Below, one piece after another: positions 29,840 through 39,794 of a stretch of DNA of 64,000 bases; position 1 is the stretch's first letter, and the number at the start of each line of letters is the position of its first letter. The position numbers and the translations under genes are program-made. The notes beneath the pieces were generated by a model, which was given only the letters and a program-made list of their open reading frames with translations, did not search any database and had not been told where the DNA came from. Source of the DNA: an uncultured Acidimicrobiia bacterium (lineage in GTDB: Bacteria > Actinomycetota > Acidimicrobiia > Acidimicrobiales > Ilumatobacteraceae); assembly GCA_963739975.1 (NCBI GenBank), contig CAVUCK010000014.1, positions 77,128 through 141,127 on the forward strand, written 5' to 3'.

Positions 29840-31579
29840 TCAGACCTGCGAGGCTCCGTAGGTGTACATCTGCCCGATGGCAGTGACCTGTACGCCCTGG
29901 AAGGCCTTCGAGTGGCCGGACAGGAAGTTGTAGAAGAACGGCAGCCCGACTGGGACCTCGTCGTTGAGGACGGTCTGCAGCTTCTCGCACGCCGCGGTCT
30001 GGGCTTCCACGTCGATCGCCGACTGGTACTCGGCGAAGGCATCGTCGAACGTCTGCGACGAGTACTGCGACGAGTTCCAGACGCCGCCCGTCTTGAGCGC
30101 CGCGTTGAGGTAGATGTCCGGCACGGGCCGGTCGCCGTAGTCGACGATCCCCATCTCGGTCGCCCCCGAGCACGGCGGGTCGGCCGGCTCGGCCGGGCAC
30201 CAGCTGTCCCCGTAGAAGGTGTCGCTGGGCTCGAGCGAGATCTCGAGCGTGATGCCGGCCTCGGCCGCGGTGGCCTGGATGAGCGACGCCAGTTCTGGGA
30301 TCTCCTGCAGGTTGACGGCGTGCAGCGTTGCCGTGAGGCCTTCCGCGCCGGCGTCCGTGAGGAGCTGCCGCGCCTGCGCGACGTCCTTGTTGCGCTGCGG
30401 CGTCCCCTCGAAGAAGAACGGGTAGAACGGCGCGATCACGTGGTCGTTGCCGATGTTGGCTCGATCGCGGAACAACGTCGACAACATCTGCGCCCGGTCG
30501 AACGTGAAGGCCACCGCTTGGCGGACGGCCTTGTCGACGAAGGCACCGGTGTCGCAGCGCATCCAGATCTGGCGGTGGGTGGCGGACTGGATCTCCAGCG
30601 TCTGGAAGTCCGGGTTCTCGAGGAGTCCTTCGCCGCCGATGACCGAGAACTGGATCAGCGCGTCGACGGAGTTGCCCTGCATGGCCGTGAGCATCGTGCC
30701 CAGCTCCTCGAAGAACTGGTAGTCCTGGCCGTCGAGCGGGGTCTGGCCACCCCACCAGTCGGGGTTGCGCTCGAAGCGACAGCCGGTGGCGGCGTCGAAC
30801 TCGGCGAGGCGCCACGGTCCGGTGCCGTTCGGCGAGGCGTCGAGCGTCGTGCCGGTCTCGTAGTCGACGGGCGTGATGCAGGTCTGGGCGTTGAAGGTGG
30901 AGACCAACGCCGGCAGGTTGCCGTTCGCCGCCTCGAGGTTGAACACGGCGACCCGGGGATCGGTGGCGTCGACCGCACCCTCGGCGATGACGCCGGCGAG
31001 GCCGGAGTTCTCGGCGGCGACCAACCGGTCCATGGTGGCGGCCACGTCGGCCGAGGTGAACTCGGTCCCGTCCTGCCACATCGCCTCGCGCAGCTGGAAC
31101 GTCCAGACGGTCCCGTCCTCGTTCGGCTCCCACGACTCGGCAAGACCCGGGGCGATCTTGCCGTCAGGCCCGAGCCCGACGAGGAACTCGAAGGACTGCG
31201 CCACGACGCCGTACGATCCGAGGTCCTGCATCTGGATGGGGTCGAGGCCGACCGGGCGCTGGGCACCGATGCGGATGATGCCGCCCTGCTGGCCCGGGCC
31301 GGTGGTGGGCGACACCGCGGTGCCGGCCGTAGTCGTGTCGCCGCCGGCAGTCGTGGAGCCTCCGCCGCCGCCGGCCGTGGTCGCCGTGCCGCTGTCGCCG
31401 TTGTCGTCGCCACCGCAGGCGGAGATCACGGCTCCGATCACGGGCATCGAGAGCCCGATGATCGTGCCCCGCCGGATGAAGTTGCGGCGCGAGATCTTTC
31501 CGCTGGCGTAGTGCTCGATGAGATCGAGGTGGACCGGCCCGACCTGGCGACGAGCTTTGTCCAGACGCTTCCAATCCAC
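29840..31579 (-). CDS. family-5 extracellular solute-binding protein (peptide/nickel type) with Tat/lipoprotein-like signal
   Basis: Tail of ORF 29840..32962. The start was set to GTG 31579, which is 8 nt after GGAGGA. It has an SRRNFIRRG twin-arginine motif, a lipobox-like ISACGG, a Gly/Thr linker, then the SBP_bac_5 body. Confidence 0.8.
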   Translation of the reverse strand: MDWKRLDKARRQVGPVHLDLIEHYASGKISRRNFIRRGTIIGLSMPVIGAVISACGGDDNGDSGTATTAGGGGGSTTAGGDTTTAGTAVSPTTGPGQQGGIIRIGAQRPVGLDPIQMQDLGSYGVVAQSFEFLVGLGPDGKIAPGLAESWEPNEDGTVWTFQLREAMWQDGTEFTSADVAATMDRLVAAENSGLAGVIAEGAVDATDPRVAVFNLEAANGNLPALVSTFNAQTCITPVDYETGTTLDASPNGTGPWRLAEFDAATGCRFERNPDWWGGQTPLDGQDYQFFEELGTMLTAMQGNSVDALIQFSVIGGEGLLENPDFQTLEIQSATHRQIWMRCDTGAFVDKAVRQAVAFTFDRAQMLSTLFRDRANIGNDHVIAPFYPFFFEGTPQRNKDVAQARQLLTDAGAEGLTATLHAVNLQEIPELASLIQATAAEAGITLEISLEPSDTFYGDSWCPAEPADPPCSGATEMGIVDYGDRPVPDIYLNAALKTGGVWNSSQYSSQTFDDAFAEYQSAIDVEAQTAACEKLQTVLNDEVPVGLPFFYNFLSGHSKAFQGVQVTAIGQMYTYGASQV

Positions 31580-31762
31580 TGTGGGATCCTCCCCCGGGGC
31601 CGTGATGGAAGTGTGCCCCGCCGGGAGGCAACCATAGTTCACCCCGCCGACGCCGTGCAGTTCCCGGTACAGATGTACTGTCAAGTCCCTGTGCACCCGC
31701 CGAGTGCGCCGCCGCCCGTCCGGACACGAGCGGTGGGCCGCGCCCGGGTGCTGGAGGTCCCG

Positions 31763-32896
31763 ATGCGGGCCTCCCGACGCTCCGGGCTGGCGGCGGTCGC
31801 CGCCGAGATCACCGAGTTGGGGCTGGGCGGAGACGGCGCGCTGGTCGTCGCCGACGCCGGCGTCGCCACCACCGGCTACGTGCCGACGTGGGTCGAGGTG
31901 CTGCACGGCGTCGCCGATGCCGTCGACGTCCACCTGGTTCCGGGGCACGAGCCGACCGTGGATTCGGTGGACGCCGCAGCTGATGCGGTCCGCGCTCATC
32001 GGCCCGGGGTGGTCGTGGCGATCGGCGGCGGAAGCGCAGTGGACACTGCCAAGCAGGCCGCCGCCATCGCCATCGAACCGCACAGCGTGGCGGCATACGT
32101 CCTCGGCGACCGACCCCTGCCCGGCGGCCCACCGGTCGTGGCCGTGCCGACAACGGCCGGCACGGGCGCCGAGGTCACGCGTACGTGTGTCGTGTCCGCC
32201 GCCGATGGCGCCAAGGTCTGGACGTGGGGCGACGAGCTGCTCCCACAGGTCGTCGTGCTCGACGCGGTCGCGACGGCGTCGCTGCCGCCGTCGGTCACGA
32301 CCGCCGGCGGGCTCGACGCCTTCGTTCACGCGATGGAGGCGGCGACCGGGCGGCGCGCCGGCGACCGGGTCGCTGAGCCGGCGTGTGAGGCGCTGCGGCT
32401 GGTCGCCGCCAACCTGCCGGTCGCCGTCGGCGACGGTGCCGATCTCGAAGCCCGCCGGGCACTGCAGTGGGCAGCGCTGCTCGCCGGGCTGGCGATCGAC
32501 GAGGGCGGCACGGGCATCGCCCACTCGATCGGCCACGCCCTCGGGTCCCTCGGGCATGTTCCGCACGGGCTGGCCGTGGCGGTCGGCTTGGCGGCGGCGC
32601 TGCCGTGGAACGTGGCCGGGGCGCCGGACGCGTTCGCCGCCGTCGGCGCGACGTTGGGGGTGGACGTCGACGCGGTGCCCGACCGCTACGCCGCGCTGCT
32701 GGAGGCGGCGTCGCTCGGTGACGCGGTTCGGCGGGCGGGACCGATCGCCGTCGATCCCGACCGCCTGGCCGCGGCCATGGCCGACGACGCCAACCGGCCG
32801 ATGCTGCTGAACAACTGTCGCCGCGCCGACGAGACGGACCGCCACGCCCTGGCCACGGCGACCGTGCAGGCCTGGAACGCCCTGTGCTCTGCGTGA
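31763..32896 (+). CDS. iron-containing alcohol dehydrogenase family protein
   Basis: Last 377 codons of the otherwise spurious ORF 28598..32896. ATG 31763 follows GGAGG. Motifs: [21 protein letters not shown], and the metal site HSIGHALG...HG. Confidence 0.75.
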   Translation: MRASRRSGLAAVAAEITELGLGGDGALVVADAGVATTGYVPTWVEVLHGVADAVDVHLVPGHEPTVDSVDAAADAVRAHRPGVVVAIGGGSAVDTAKQAAAIAIEPHSVAAYVLGDRPLPGGPPVVAVPTTAGTGAEVTRTCVVSAADGAKVWTWGDELLPQVVVLDAVATASLPPSVTTAGGLDAFVHAMEAATGRRAGDRVAEPACEALRLVAANLPVAVGDGADLEARRALQWAALLAGLAIDEGGTGIAHSIGHALGSLGHVPHGLAVAVGLAAALPWNVAGAPDAFAAVGATLGVDVDAVPDRYAALLEAASLGDAVRRAGPIAVDPDRLAAAMADDANRPMLLNNCRRADETDRHALATATVQAWNALCSA

Positions 32897-32935
32897 GCGA
32901 AGACGACGGATGTGCGCTGTTCCCTCACGCAGAGA
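32888..32935. repeat. palindromic intergenic element, copy B
   Basis: TCTGCGTGAGCGAAGACG (32888-32905) is identical to 21939-21956. The right arm CTGTTCCCTCACGCAGAG (32917-32934) matches copy A at 17/18 positions. The left arm contains the Fe-ADH stop codon (32894-32896). Confidence 0.75.
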
Positions 32936-32948
32936 GCGGGCGTGCGAA

Positions 32949-34077
32949 GTGAGCACGATCACCCGGATCGAGATCAGCCACCACCGGCTGCCGCTCGCCC
33001 CACCGTTCCCGGCCGCCTGGGACCCGCAGCCGCGGCGCGCCTTCCCGGCGACCGTGGTGCGGGTCCACGACGACGCCGGCCACGTCGGCGTCGGCTCGGG
33101 CGACGCGATGTACGGCTTCGCCGACTACGAGCGGTACTTCATCGGCGTCGACGCCCTGGATCTCGACCGCCACGGTGCCGTGCTGGCCAACATCGACTTC
33201 CACGCCGGTCGCCCGTGGCCGCTCGACGTGGCGCTGTGGGACCTCGCCGGGCAGATCGAGGACCGGCCGATCTGGTCGCTGGTCGGTGGGCACGGTCGGC
33301 GCATTCGCACCTACGCGTCGTCGGGCGTCCTGCGTCCCCCCGCCGAGATGGCCGAGGTCGCCCGGCGGGCCCGCCAGCACGGCTTCCCGGCCCTCAAGGT
33401 CCGCTTCGGGCGCCCATCGCTCGACGAGGACCTGGCCGTCGTCCGGGCGATCCGAGATGCGCTCGGCACCGACCTTGCCCTGATGGTCGACTGCAACCAG
33501 GGGTGGCGGATGCCGTGGGACGTGCGGGCGCCGTGGGACGTGGACCACGCCGCCACCGTGGGCGCCGCCCTGGCCGCCGAGGGCGTCACGTGGATGGAGG
33601 AGCCGCTGCACCGTGGCGACTACGCCGGGATGGCCGAGCTGCGGCGGCGGGTCGACGTGCCGATCGCCGGGGGCGAGCTGACGCGGGAGGACTACGAGCT
33701 GCGCCAGCTGCTCGTCGGCGGCTGCCTCGACGTGTTCCAGCCGGACTGCGTGTGCACACAGGGGATCACGGGGCTGCGGCGGTTCGCCGGCGAGGTGGTC
33801 GCCGCCGGCGCCACGTTCACGCCGCACACGTGGGGCAATGGCATCGGGCTGCTGGCCAACGCCCACCTGACGGCGGGCACGGTCGGGGCACCGTTCCTCG
33901 AGTTCCCGTTCGACCCGCCCGAGTGGACGACGGCAGCGCCGCGACTTCCTGCTGACGGAGACGATCGAGGTCGACGGCGACGGCTGGATCGACCTCTCCG
34001 ACCGCCCCGGCCTCGGCGCCACCCTCGCCGAGGCCACCCTCACCGCCACCGCCACCACCACGTCCACCTGGACCTGA
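32949..34077 (+). CDS. enolase-superfamily (mandelate racemase/muconate lactonizing enzyme family) protein; apparent +1 frameshift near 33933
   Basis: The frame of ORF 32910..34172 carries the domain up to ...[12 protein letters not shown] (metal-ligand context [19 protein letters not shown]). The expected C-terminus [31 protein letters not shown] continues in the +1 frame to a TGA at 34075-34077. Length is 1129 nt (3n+1). Confidence 0.7.
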
Positions 34078-34082
34078 AACCC

Positions 34083-34133
34083 GGTTCTCAAGCGTTTTCA
34101 GGGGTCACCGGCGGCCCCAAACCACCGGCGGAA
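34083..34133. repeat. left terminal inverted repeat (51 nt)
   Basis: GGTTCTCAAGCGTTTTCAGGGGTCACCGGCGGCCC... Its reverse complement occurs at 35121-35171. By hand alignment the outer 35 nt are perfect and 48/51 match overall. Confidence 0.85.
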
Positions 34134-34135
34134 CC

Positions 34136-35077
34136 TCACGACCCGCGAAGTGACCGCCGCCGCTCGTCGTAGGTCACTCGCAGCCGGCGGCCGAACCTGG
34201 CGAGGTCCTCGCGCACGGACTCGTCCGCGCGGACGATGCGCCAGCCGATCTCGTCGCAGGCCAGGTCCCGGTCCTGATCGGCGCGCTGGCCCAGGTCGCC
34301 GCCGTGCCACCAGCTGTGACCGGGCTCGACACCGAGCCGAACCTCCGGCCACGCCAGGTCGACGTGGATCAGTTCGCCGCTGAGCAGGATCAGCGGAAGC
34401 TGCCGTTGGGGCTCCGGAAGTCCGGCGCGCACCAGCGCATCGAGCACGTCTTGCTCGAGGCCGCTCTGGCTCGGGCGCGTTTGGAACGACATCCGCTCGA
34501 GCCAGTGTTCGAACCGGGCAACGCCGGTCCGGCCGCTGCGGCGCACCGCAGCCAGGTACTCAGCGGCCGCTTCGGGGGTGACCAGCTGACGGTGCCAGCA
34601 GTCCTCGGCGGCGCGTTGGAACCGGTGGTCGTTGAACACTCCAGCGAGACGGAACAGCATCCGCAGCGGAGTCGCGACGCGCAGCCCGTCTGCGAGCACC
34701 TGGACGTCCCGCGCCGGCTCGAACCAGCTCGTCTGGGTCACGCGTCCCCATGGAGGCATCACGACCTTGCGGTCCTCACCGATCGTGCACTCGACGATGC
34801 GACGCGGCATCGACCGCAGGCGGTGCAACACGCCGGCGCTCGCCCCGCTGATGAACACGTCCCGTCCGACGTGGAGCTGCAGGGCCATTGCCCTCGAGGC
34901 GAACGTGTCCACGCTCCCCGTCAGGCGTACGACGCCGGGAATGACCGTGGTGACGACGCCCGAGCGCTGCGCCCGCTTGACCGTGGTCGCCGGGACGCCC
35001 AGCGCTCGCAGCTGTTCGAGCGAAACCACCCAGTGCTGAGCGGCGAAGAGCGCGAGGACTTCGGGACGGTTGATCAC
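34136..35077 (-). CDS. AbiEi_4-like wHTH + DUF559 (Vsr/PD-(D/E)xK-like endonuclease fold) protein
   Basis: ORF 34136..35077 (313 aa). N-terminus: [36 protein letters not shown]-terminus: [20 protein letters not shown]...[23 protein letters not shown]...GWRIVRADE. Confidence 0.65.
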   Translation of the reverse strand: MINRPEVLALFAAQHWVVSLEQLRALGVPATTVKRAQRSGVVTTVIPGVVRLTGSVDTFASRAMALQLHVGRDVFISGASAGVLHRLRSMPRRIVECTIGEDRKVVMPPWGRVTQTSWFEPARDVQVLADGLRVATPLRMLFRLAGVFNDHRFQRAAEDCWHRQLVTPEAAAEYLAAVRRSGRTGVARFEHWLERMSFQTRPSQSGLEQDVLDALVRAGLPEPQRQLPLILLSGELIHVDLAWPEVRLGVEPGHSWWHGGDLGQRADQDRDLACDEIGWRIVRADESVREDLARFGRRLRVTYDERRRSLRGS

Positions 35078-35120
35078 ACCCGCCTGGGTGCTCTGAGAAC
35101 CCCAAATCGGAATGCACGAC

Positions 35121-35171
35121 TTCTGCCGGTGGTTCAGGGCCGCCGGTGACCCCTGAAAACGCTTGAGAACC
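35121..35171. repeat. right terminal inverted repeat (51 nt)
   Basis: Reverse complement of 34083-34133, with mismatches at repeat positions 36, 37 and 48. Confidence 0.85.
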
Positions 35172-35188
35172 TGATCGACCGCCGTCGG

Positions 35189-36286
35189 TCAGCTGGCGTC
35201 CTGGTGTTGACGCCGGAAGAGGGCGGCGTAGATCCCGTCGCCGCCGAGGAGCCGGTCGTGCGTCCCGATCTCGGCGATGCGGCCGCCGTCGATGGTGATG
35301 ATCTGATCGGCCCGGCGAACCGTGGAGAGCCGGTGGGAGATGACAAAGGTCGTGCGACCCTCGATGAGTCGGCGGATGGCGGCGAACACCTCGGCCTCGG
35401 TCTGGGCGTCGAGAGCGGACGTCGGCTCGTCGAGCACGAGGATCGGCGCATCGGTCAGCAACGCACGGGCGATGGCCAAGCGCTGGCGCTCGCCGCCCGA
35501 CAGGTTCGTGCCGCGCTCGTCGATCACGCTGTTGTACCCGCGCGGCAGCCGCTTGATGAACTGATGGGCCTGTGCCGCCTCGGCGGCCCGTCGGACGTCG
35601 GCTCTCCCGACGCCCTCGAGCCCGAACGTGATGTTGTCGGCCGCCGAGATCGGCAGCAGGAAGGGGTCTTGCAGCACGAGCGCCACATTTCGCCGCAGCG
35701 AGTCCAGCGTCAGGTCGGCGACGTCGACGCCGTCGATCGAGATCCGACCGGTCCACGGGTCAGCGAACCGTGACAGCAGCGACATCAGCGACGTCTTGCC
35801 AGCACCGCTGATCCCGACGATCGCCGTGACCGTGCCGCCCGGCGCGACGAAGCTGATGTCATCGAGGATCGGAGGTTCGGTTCGGTCGTAGCCGAACGTG
35901 ACTCCGTCGAAGACGACCTGGCCACGGCGCCCGACGAGGGGTCGAGCGGTCCGCTTCTCCCGCACCTCTTCGTCGCAGTCCAGGATCTCGAAGACCCGGC
36001 GGGCGCGGGTGCCGACCTGCGCCGCCAAACCGACGCCTCGCGCCAGCTCCTGGACCGGCCCGTACACCGTGGCCAGGTAGGCCAGGAAGACCAACAGATC
36101 GCCGATCGTGAGCACGCCGGAGCGCACCTGGAGTGCTCCGACACCGAGCATCGCCGCGGCGGCCAGCGCCGTGACCATCGAGACGGCCTGCTGGTAGCCG
36201 GCCCCCCAGATGGCCGCCGAGTTGTAGGCGCCGGCGGCGGTGGGTGCGCTCGGCAGACGCGGGCTTCTCGCGTGCTGGCTCGACGG
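35189..36286 (-). pseudogene. 5'-truncated ABC exporter (MsbA/ABCB-type); only the last TM helices plus the ATPase domain remain
   Basis: ORF 35189..36178 holds Walker A GISGAGKTS, signature LSGGERQR and Walker B ILVLDEPTSALD. The open frame extends upstream only to a stop at 36287-36289, directly against the next gene (stop at 36304). About 250 aa of the transmembrane domain are therefore missing. Confidence 0.7.
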
Positions 36287-36303
36287 TCACCTCGGCCAGC
36301 GGG

Positions 36304-37152
36304 TTAGAGCCGCCGGCGGAGGCGGGTGAGGTGGGTGACGACGGAGGTCGGTTGGACGTCGGCGTCGCGGATCAACGAGTCGAAGTGGCGGCTCAGCGTG
36401 CGCACGTGCTCGACCGACGTCAGCACCAGGTACAGGTGCCCGAGGTACAGCGCGGCGCGCTTGCGCCCGAACACGGTGACCGGCGCGGCGTAGCGCCGCG
36501 AACCGTCGAACAGGAACCAGCGGAACGTCGGGTACAGCTCCTCGACGAGGCGGATCAGGTGGTCGAGCTGCTGGCGCCGGGCTTCGACGCCGAACCGGCT
36601 CCACAGGCCCTCCCCGCGGGCGAACGACGCCAGCCCCTGCGCCGACGAGCAGCACTCCATCTCGGTGTCCGGGTGGCGAGCCCACGCCAGCTGGGCTTCG
36701 GTCACCTCGATGGTCTGGGCCACGTTCGGCCCACCGGCGCGGGCCCGCTCGAACCGGATCACACCCTCGGTCTTCAGGAGGTCGGGCAGGGTCGACGGGA
36801 CGTAGCGGATCTTGTACTCGGCCGCCTCGCCCAGCCACCCGAGCAGCTTCTCGTCGGTCGGCGAGGGGCCCGGCGCCGCGAACGACGTCTGCGTCAACAG
36901 CTCGGCCTCGAGCGGCCCGGCGTTCGTCAGGCCGACGAGCCAGTCGATGGACAGGTCGTGGGCGACGGCCAGCGCGTGCAACGTGTCGACGCGCGGCAGC
37001 CGTGTCGTCGTCGGCGACAGCAGTTGCGACAGCGTCGTGCGGTCGACGCCGGCCCGCTCGGCGAACTCGCTCTTGGTCATCCCGGTGCGCTGGATGGCCT
37101 CGGCCAACCGCTCGTGCAACACCCCGCCCGCTCGCGTGTGTGTATCCATCAT
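36304..37152 (-). CDS. XRE-family HTH regulator with a long C-terminal (DUF2083/ImmA-like) domain
   Basis: ORF 36304..37545 trimmed to ATG 37152 (MMDTHTRAGG). HTH segment: LAEAIQRTGMTKSEFAERAGVDRTTLSQLLS. It is divergent from the desaturase gene. Confidence 0.7.
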   Translation of the reverse strand: MMDTHTRAGGVLHERLAEAIQRTGMTKSEFAERAGVDRTTLSQLLSPTTTRLPRVDTLHALAVAHDLSIDWLVGLTNAGPLEAELLTQTSFAAPGPSPTDEKLLGWLGEAAEYKIRYVPSTLPDLLKTEGVIRFERARAGGPNVAQTIEVTEAQLAWARHPDTEMECCSSAQGLASFARGEGLWSRFGVEARRQQLDHLIRLVEELYPTFRWFLFDGSRRYAAPVTVFGRKRAALYLGHLYLVLTSVEHVRTLSRHFDSLIRDADVQPTSVVTHLTRLRRRL

Positions 37153-37224
37153 GCGTAGCGTAGACGCAACAGACGTGACGCAATCCAACAACATCGCGCG
37201 GCTCGATCTGCGTACAACTGAACC

Positions 37225-38163
37225 GTGCTCCCTCAGCGAGTCGAGTGGCCGACGGTTGCCGTCGCCGTGACGATCTGGGGTGGCGGCGCGGCCGTCCTCG
37301 CCGTCCACGAGCGGCTCCCGACGCTGGTGACCATCGCCGTCTTGGGCGTGCTGGCGGCGTGGTACGGCTCGCTGCAGCACGAGGTGATCCACGGCCATCC
37401 GACGCCGTGGCGCTCGGTCAACGTGGCGCTGGCCGCCGCGCCGCTCGGGCTGGTCGTCCCGTTCTCGACGTACCGGGCGACCCACCTCGCCCACCACCGC
37501 TCCCCCGAGCTCACCGAACCGAGGCTCGACCCGGAGACCTTCCACGTCAGCGCGGCGACGTGGGACCGCTGCGGCCCGCTGCGCCGAGCCACGCTGCGGG
37601 TGCTGCGCACCCTCGCCGGGCGGATGGTCCTCGGACCGCTCGTCCAGGCCGGATCCTGCTGGGCCGGGCTCGCCGACGACGCCCGGCGATCACCACGGGA
37701 CGCGATCCGCCTCCTCACCCACCTCGCCGGCGCGACGGTGGTGCTCCTCGTGGTCGACGCCGCTGGCCTGGCTCCGTGGATCTACCTCGTCGGCGTGGCA
37801 TGGGTCGGCGGGGCGCTCTCGCTCCTGCGCTCGTTCGCCGAGCACCGCTGGACCGCCTCCGGCACCCGATCGGCGGTGGTCCACGCCGGGCCGGTGATGG
37901 CGCTGCTCTACCTCAACAACAACCTCCACCACACCCACCACGAGCGCCCAGGCGTGGCGTGGTTCCGTCTCCCCGTCGAGCACCGCCGCCTCGACGCCTC
38001 GACCGCGGCCGCCCGCGGCGCTGGCGTGTACGCCGGGTACGGCGAGGTCGTGTGGCGCTACCTGTTCCGCGCCTTCGACGCGCCGGTCGTCAGATCGACG
38101 GCATCTCCTTCACCGGTCGGTGCGTCCGCCGCGTCCACGCCGCAGCCAGCAACCGCTCGGTGA
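37225..38163 (+). CDS. membrane fatty-acid desaturase family protein
   Basis: ORF 37225..38163 with a GTG start. Three histidine boxes: HEVIHGH, HLAHHRSPE, HHTHHERP. Confidence 0.8.
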   Translation: MLPQRVEWPTVAVAVTIWGGGAAVLAVHERLPTLVTIAVLGVLAAWYGSLQHEVIHGHPTPWRSVNVALAAAPLGLVVPFSTYRATHLAHHRSPELTEPRLDPETFHVSAATWDRCGPLRRATLRVLRTLAGRMVLGPLVQAGSCWAGLADDARRSPRDAIRLLTHLAGATVVLLVVDAAGLAPWIYLVGVAWVGGALSLLRSFAEHRWTASGTRSAVVHAGPVMALLYLNNNLHHTHHERPGVAWFRLPVEHRRLDASTAAARGAGVYAGYGEVVWRYLFRAFDAPVVRSTASPSPVGASAASTPQPATAR

Positions 38164-38422
38164 CCAGGCGGCCGAAGGCGCCAGCAACGGCGATGAAGCC
38201 GGCCCACCCGATCGCGGGCAACCAGCTCATCCGCTCGTCCGCCGGGTTGAGCGACGCCGCCCCGCGCCGGCTGTAGCGCTGCCGAGTCTGCTCCATCACC
38301 CACCGGACGGCGGCCGCACTGACGACCCCCGCGGCGCCGCCGCCCCAACGCCACACTCGGTCGGGCACCCCACCATCGTCGTCGACCAACGAATGCAGCG
38401 GGCTGTCGAGGCGGATGTGCAT
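38090..38422 (-). CDS. possible DUF4235-like small membrane protein
   Basis: C-terminal 110 codons of ORF 38090..38749, from ATG 38422. The pattern VWRWGGGAAGVVSAAAVRWV...RMSWLPAIGWAGFIAVAGAFGRLVTERLLAAAW resembles DUF4235. It overlaps the desaturase 3' end. This is a weak call. Confidence 0.3.
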   Translation of the reverse strand: MHIRLDSPLHSLVDDDGGVPDRVWRWGGGAAGVVSAAAVRWVMEQTRQRYSRRGAASLNPADERMSWLPAIGWAGFIAVAGAFGRLVTERLLAAAWTRRTHRPVKEMPSI

Positions 38423-38451
38423 CCCGCCAGTGTTGCCCGCCGGCGCGGGTC

Positions 38452-38739
38452 CTACGCCGCCGGACGCACCATGGGGGAGAACGACGGTGCGTCCAGCAGC
38501 GCGGAGATCCGGCCGAACGCCCGCAGCCGGGCGACCTCGGGCTGCGACGGGTCGGCGAGCACGTCGACGAGCACGCCCGGCACGCACGCCGCACGGGCGC
38601 GGCGCACCACTGCTTCGAGCGCCCGCTGCACGGACAACGGCTGGTCGGCGATCGGGCGCTCGTCGAGGGCCACGGCAAGGTCGTTGACGTCGTCGCACAC
38701 GTTGGGCGCAAGGAGGTGCGTGCTCATGGGTCTCATCAT
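38452..38739 (-). CDS. hypothetical protein (95 aa)
   Basis: ORF 38452..38739. This is the only frame here with balanced composition. No motif recognised. Confidence 0.3.
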   Translation of the reverse strand: MMRPMSTHLLAPNVCDDVNDLAVALDERPIADQPLSVQRALEAVVRRARAACVPGVLVDVLADPSQPEVARLRAFGRISALLDAPSFSPMVRPAA

Positions 38740-38805
38740 GCGCCGACAACAGGCACAGCGCTAGCGATGATCAGTCATCATGTCGATCAGCTACGCTGAT
38801 GACCC

Positions 38806-39726
38806 ATGCCGGCTCTGCGAGACCTCGAACTGCGCCACCTCGTCGCCCTCGACGCCGTTGCGACCGAAGGGACGTTCGGCCGGGCGGCCCAGCGGCTCGG
38901 CTACACCCAGTCGGCGGTCAGCCAGCAGATCGCCGCCCTCGAGCGGGCCATCGGCGGCGCGTTGTTCGACCGTCCCGGTGGGCCCCGCCCGGTCGAGCTC
39001 ACGCCGCTGGGCAAGCTGGTCGTGACGCACGCCCGCGAAGTGATCGGGCGGGTCGACGCCGCCGGTGAAGCGATCCAGCGCTTCCTCGCCGGAGACAGCG
39101 GCCGGATCGACGTCGGCACGTTCCAGAGCGTCTCGGCCGTGCTGCTGCCGGCGATCGTCGCTCGGCTGCACACCGAGCAGCCCGACCTCGACATCCGGCT
39201 GTTCGAGGACGAGCACAAGGAGCAGGCCTGCCGGATGGTCCTCGACGGCGAGCTCGACCTCACGTTCTGCGTCGGCACCCGCTCCGGGGAGCTCGAGTGC
39301 CTGACCCTGCTCGACGACCCCTTCGTCGTCGTCGCCCGACGCGGCGAGCTGACCCACGAGCGGTTCCCGACGCGCCAACTCCAGGGTCTCCCGCTGATCG
39401 GCTATCCCGACAGCCCGTGCCAGCAGGAGATCGAGGACGGGTTGCGCACCGTCGGCGTCGAGCCGACGTACGTCTTCCGCACCCTCGACAACGGCGCCCA
39501 GATCGCCATGGTGCGCGCCGGGATGGGGCGGGCCGTGATGCCACTGCTCGCCGTGGACACGGCCGACCCGACGATCGACGTGCGCCCGCTCCGCCCCGCC
39601 ATCCCACCGCGCCAGGTGTGCCTGGTGTGGCGACGCGATCGCACGCTCTCGCCCGTCGCCAGTCGCCTGATCCAGATCGCCGCCGACGTCGCCGGCGACC
39701 TCGGTCAGCTCCCCGCCTCCGCGTAA
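38806..39726 (+). CDS. LysR-family transcriptional regulator
   Basis: ORF 38806..39726. N-terminal HTH LRHLVALDAVATEGTFGRAAQRLGYTQSAVSQQIAALE, followed by a LysR substrate-binding domain. Confidence 0.85.
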   Translation: MPALRDLELRHLVALDAVATEGTFGRAAQRLGYTQSAVSQQIAALERAIGGALFDRPGGPRPVELTPLGKLVVTHAREVIGRVDAAGEAIQRFLAGDSGRIDVGTFQSVSAVLLPAIVARLHTEQPDLDIRLFEDEHKEQACRMVLDGELDLTFCVGTRSGELECLTLLDDPFVVVARRGELTHERFPTRQLQGLPLIGYPDSPCQQEIEDGLRTVGVEPTYVFRTLDNGAQIAMVRAGMGRAVMPLLAVDTADPTIDVRPLRPAIPPRQVCLVWRRDRTLSPVASRLIQIAADVAGDLGQLPASA

Positions 39727-39736
39727 CCCTCGCTGG

Positions 39737-39788
39737 CGTTTACGTCCGGATTTCGGTTACCTGGGTGACCAAAATCCGGACGTAAACG
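39737..39788. terminator. bidirectional hairpin between convergent genes (perfect 17-bp stem)
   Basis: CGTTTACGTCCGGATTT (39737-39753) pairs perfectly with AAATCCGGACGTAAACG (39772-39788). It sits between the LysR stop (39726) and the carboxyltransferase stop (39795) and is conspicuously AT-richer than its surroundings. Confidence 0.6.
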
Positions 39789-39794
39789 GTGGGG

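Larger units (their letters stand above)
34083..35171. mobile_element. IS-like unit: 51-bp terminal inverted repeats enclosing a single AbiEi_4/DUF559-type ORF
   Basis: See the two repeat features and the CDS below. Total length is 1089 bp. The ORF ends 2 nt inside the left repeat and starts 43 nt inside the right repeat. Confidence 0.5.

Noticed and set aside
31667-31678. GTACA-GA-TGTAC palindrome between the SBP gene and the Fe-ADH gene
   Set aside because: The arms are only 5 bp and it occurs once. It is indistinguishable from chance in an AT-richer spacer.
28598-31762. Very long plus-strand ORF (1432 aa in the track) spanning the ABC importer operon
   Set aside because: It is Arg/Gly/Asp/Val-rich with no motifs, and it lies antisense to four well-supported minus-strand genes. 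This is the typical high-GC shadow frame. Only its last 377 codons (the Fe-ADH gene, from ATG 31763) were accepted.
37153-37224. Repeated TGCGTA-like words (ATGCGTAGCGTAGACGCA ... CTGCGTACAAC) in the XRE/desaturase divergent promoter, considered as operator sites
   Set aside because: The words are short and degenerate, with no clear dyad symmetry. An operator is plausible but not supportable from sequence alone.
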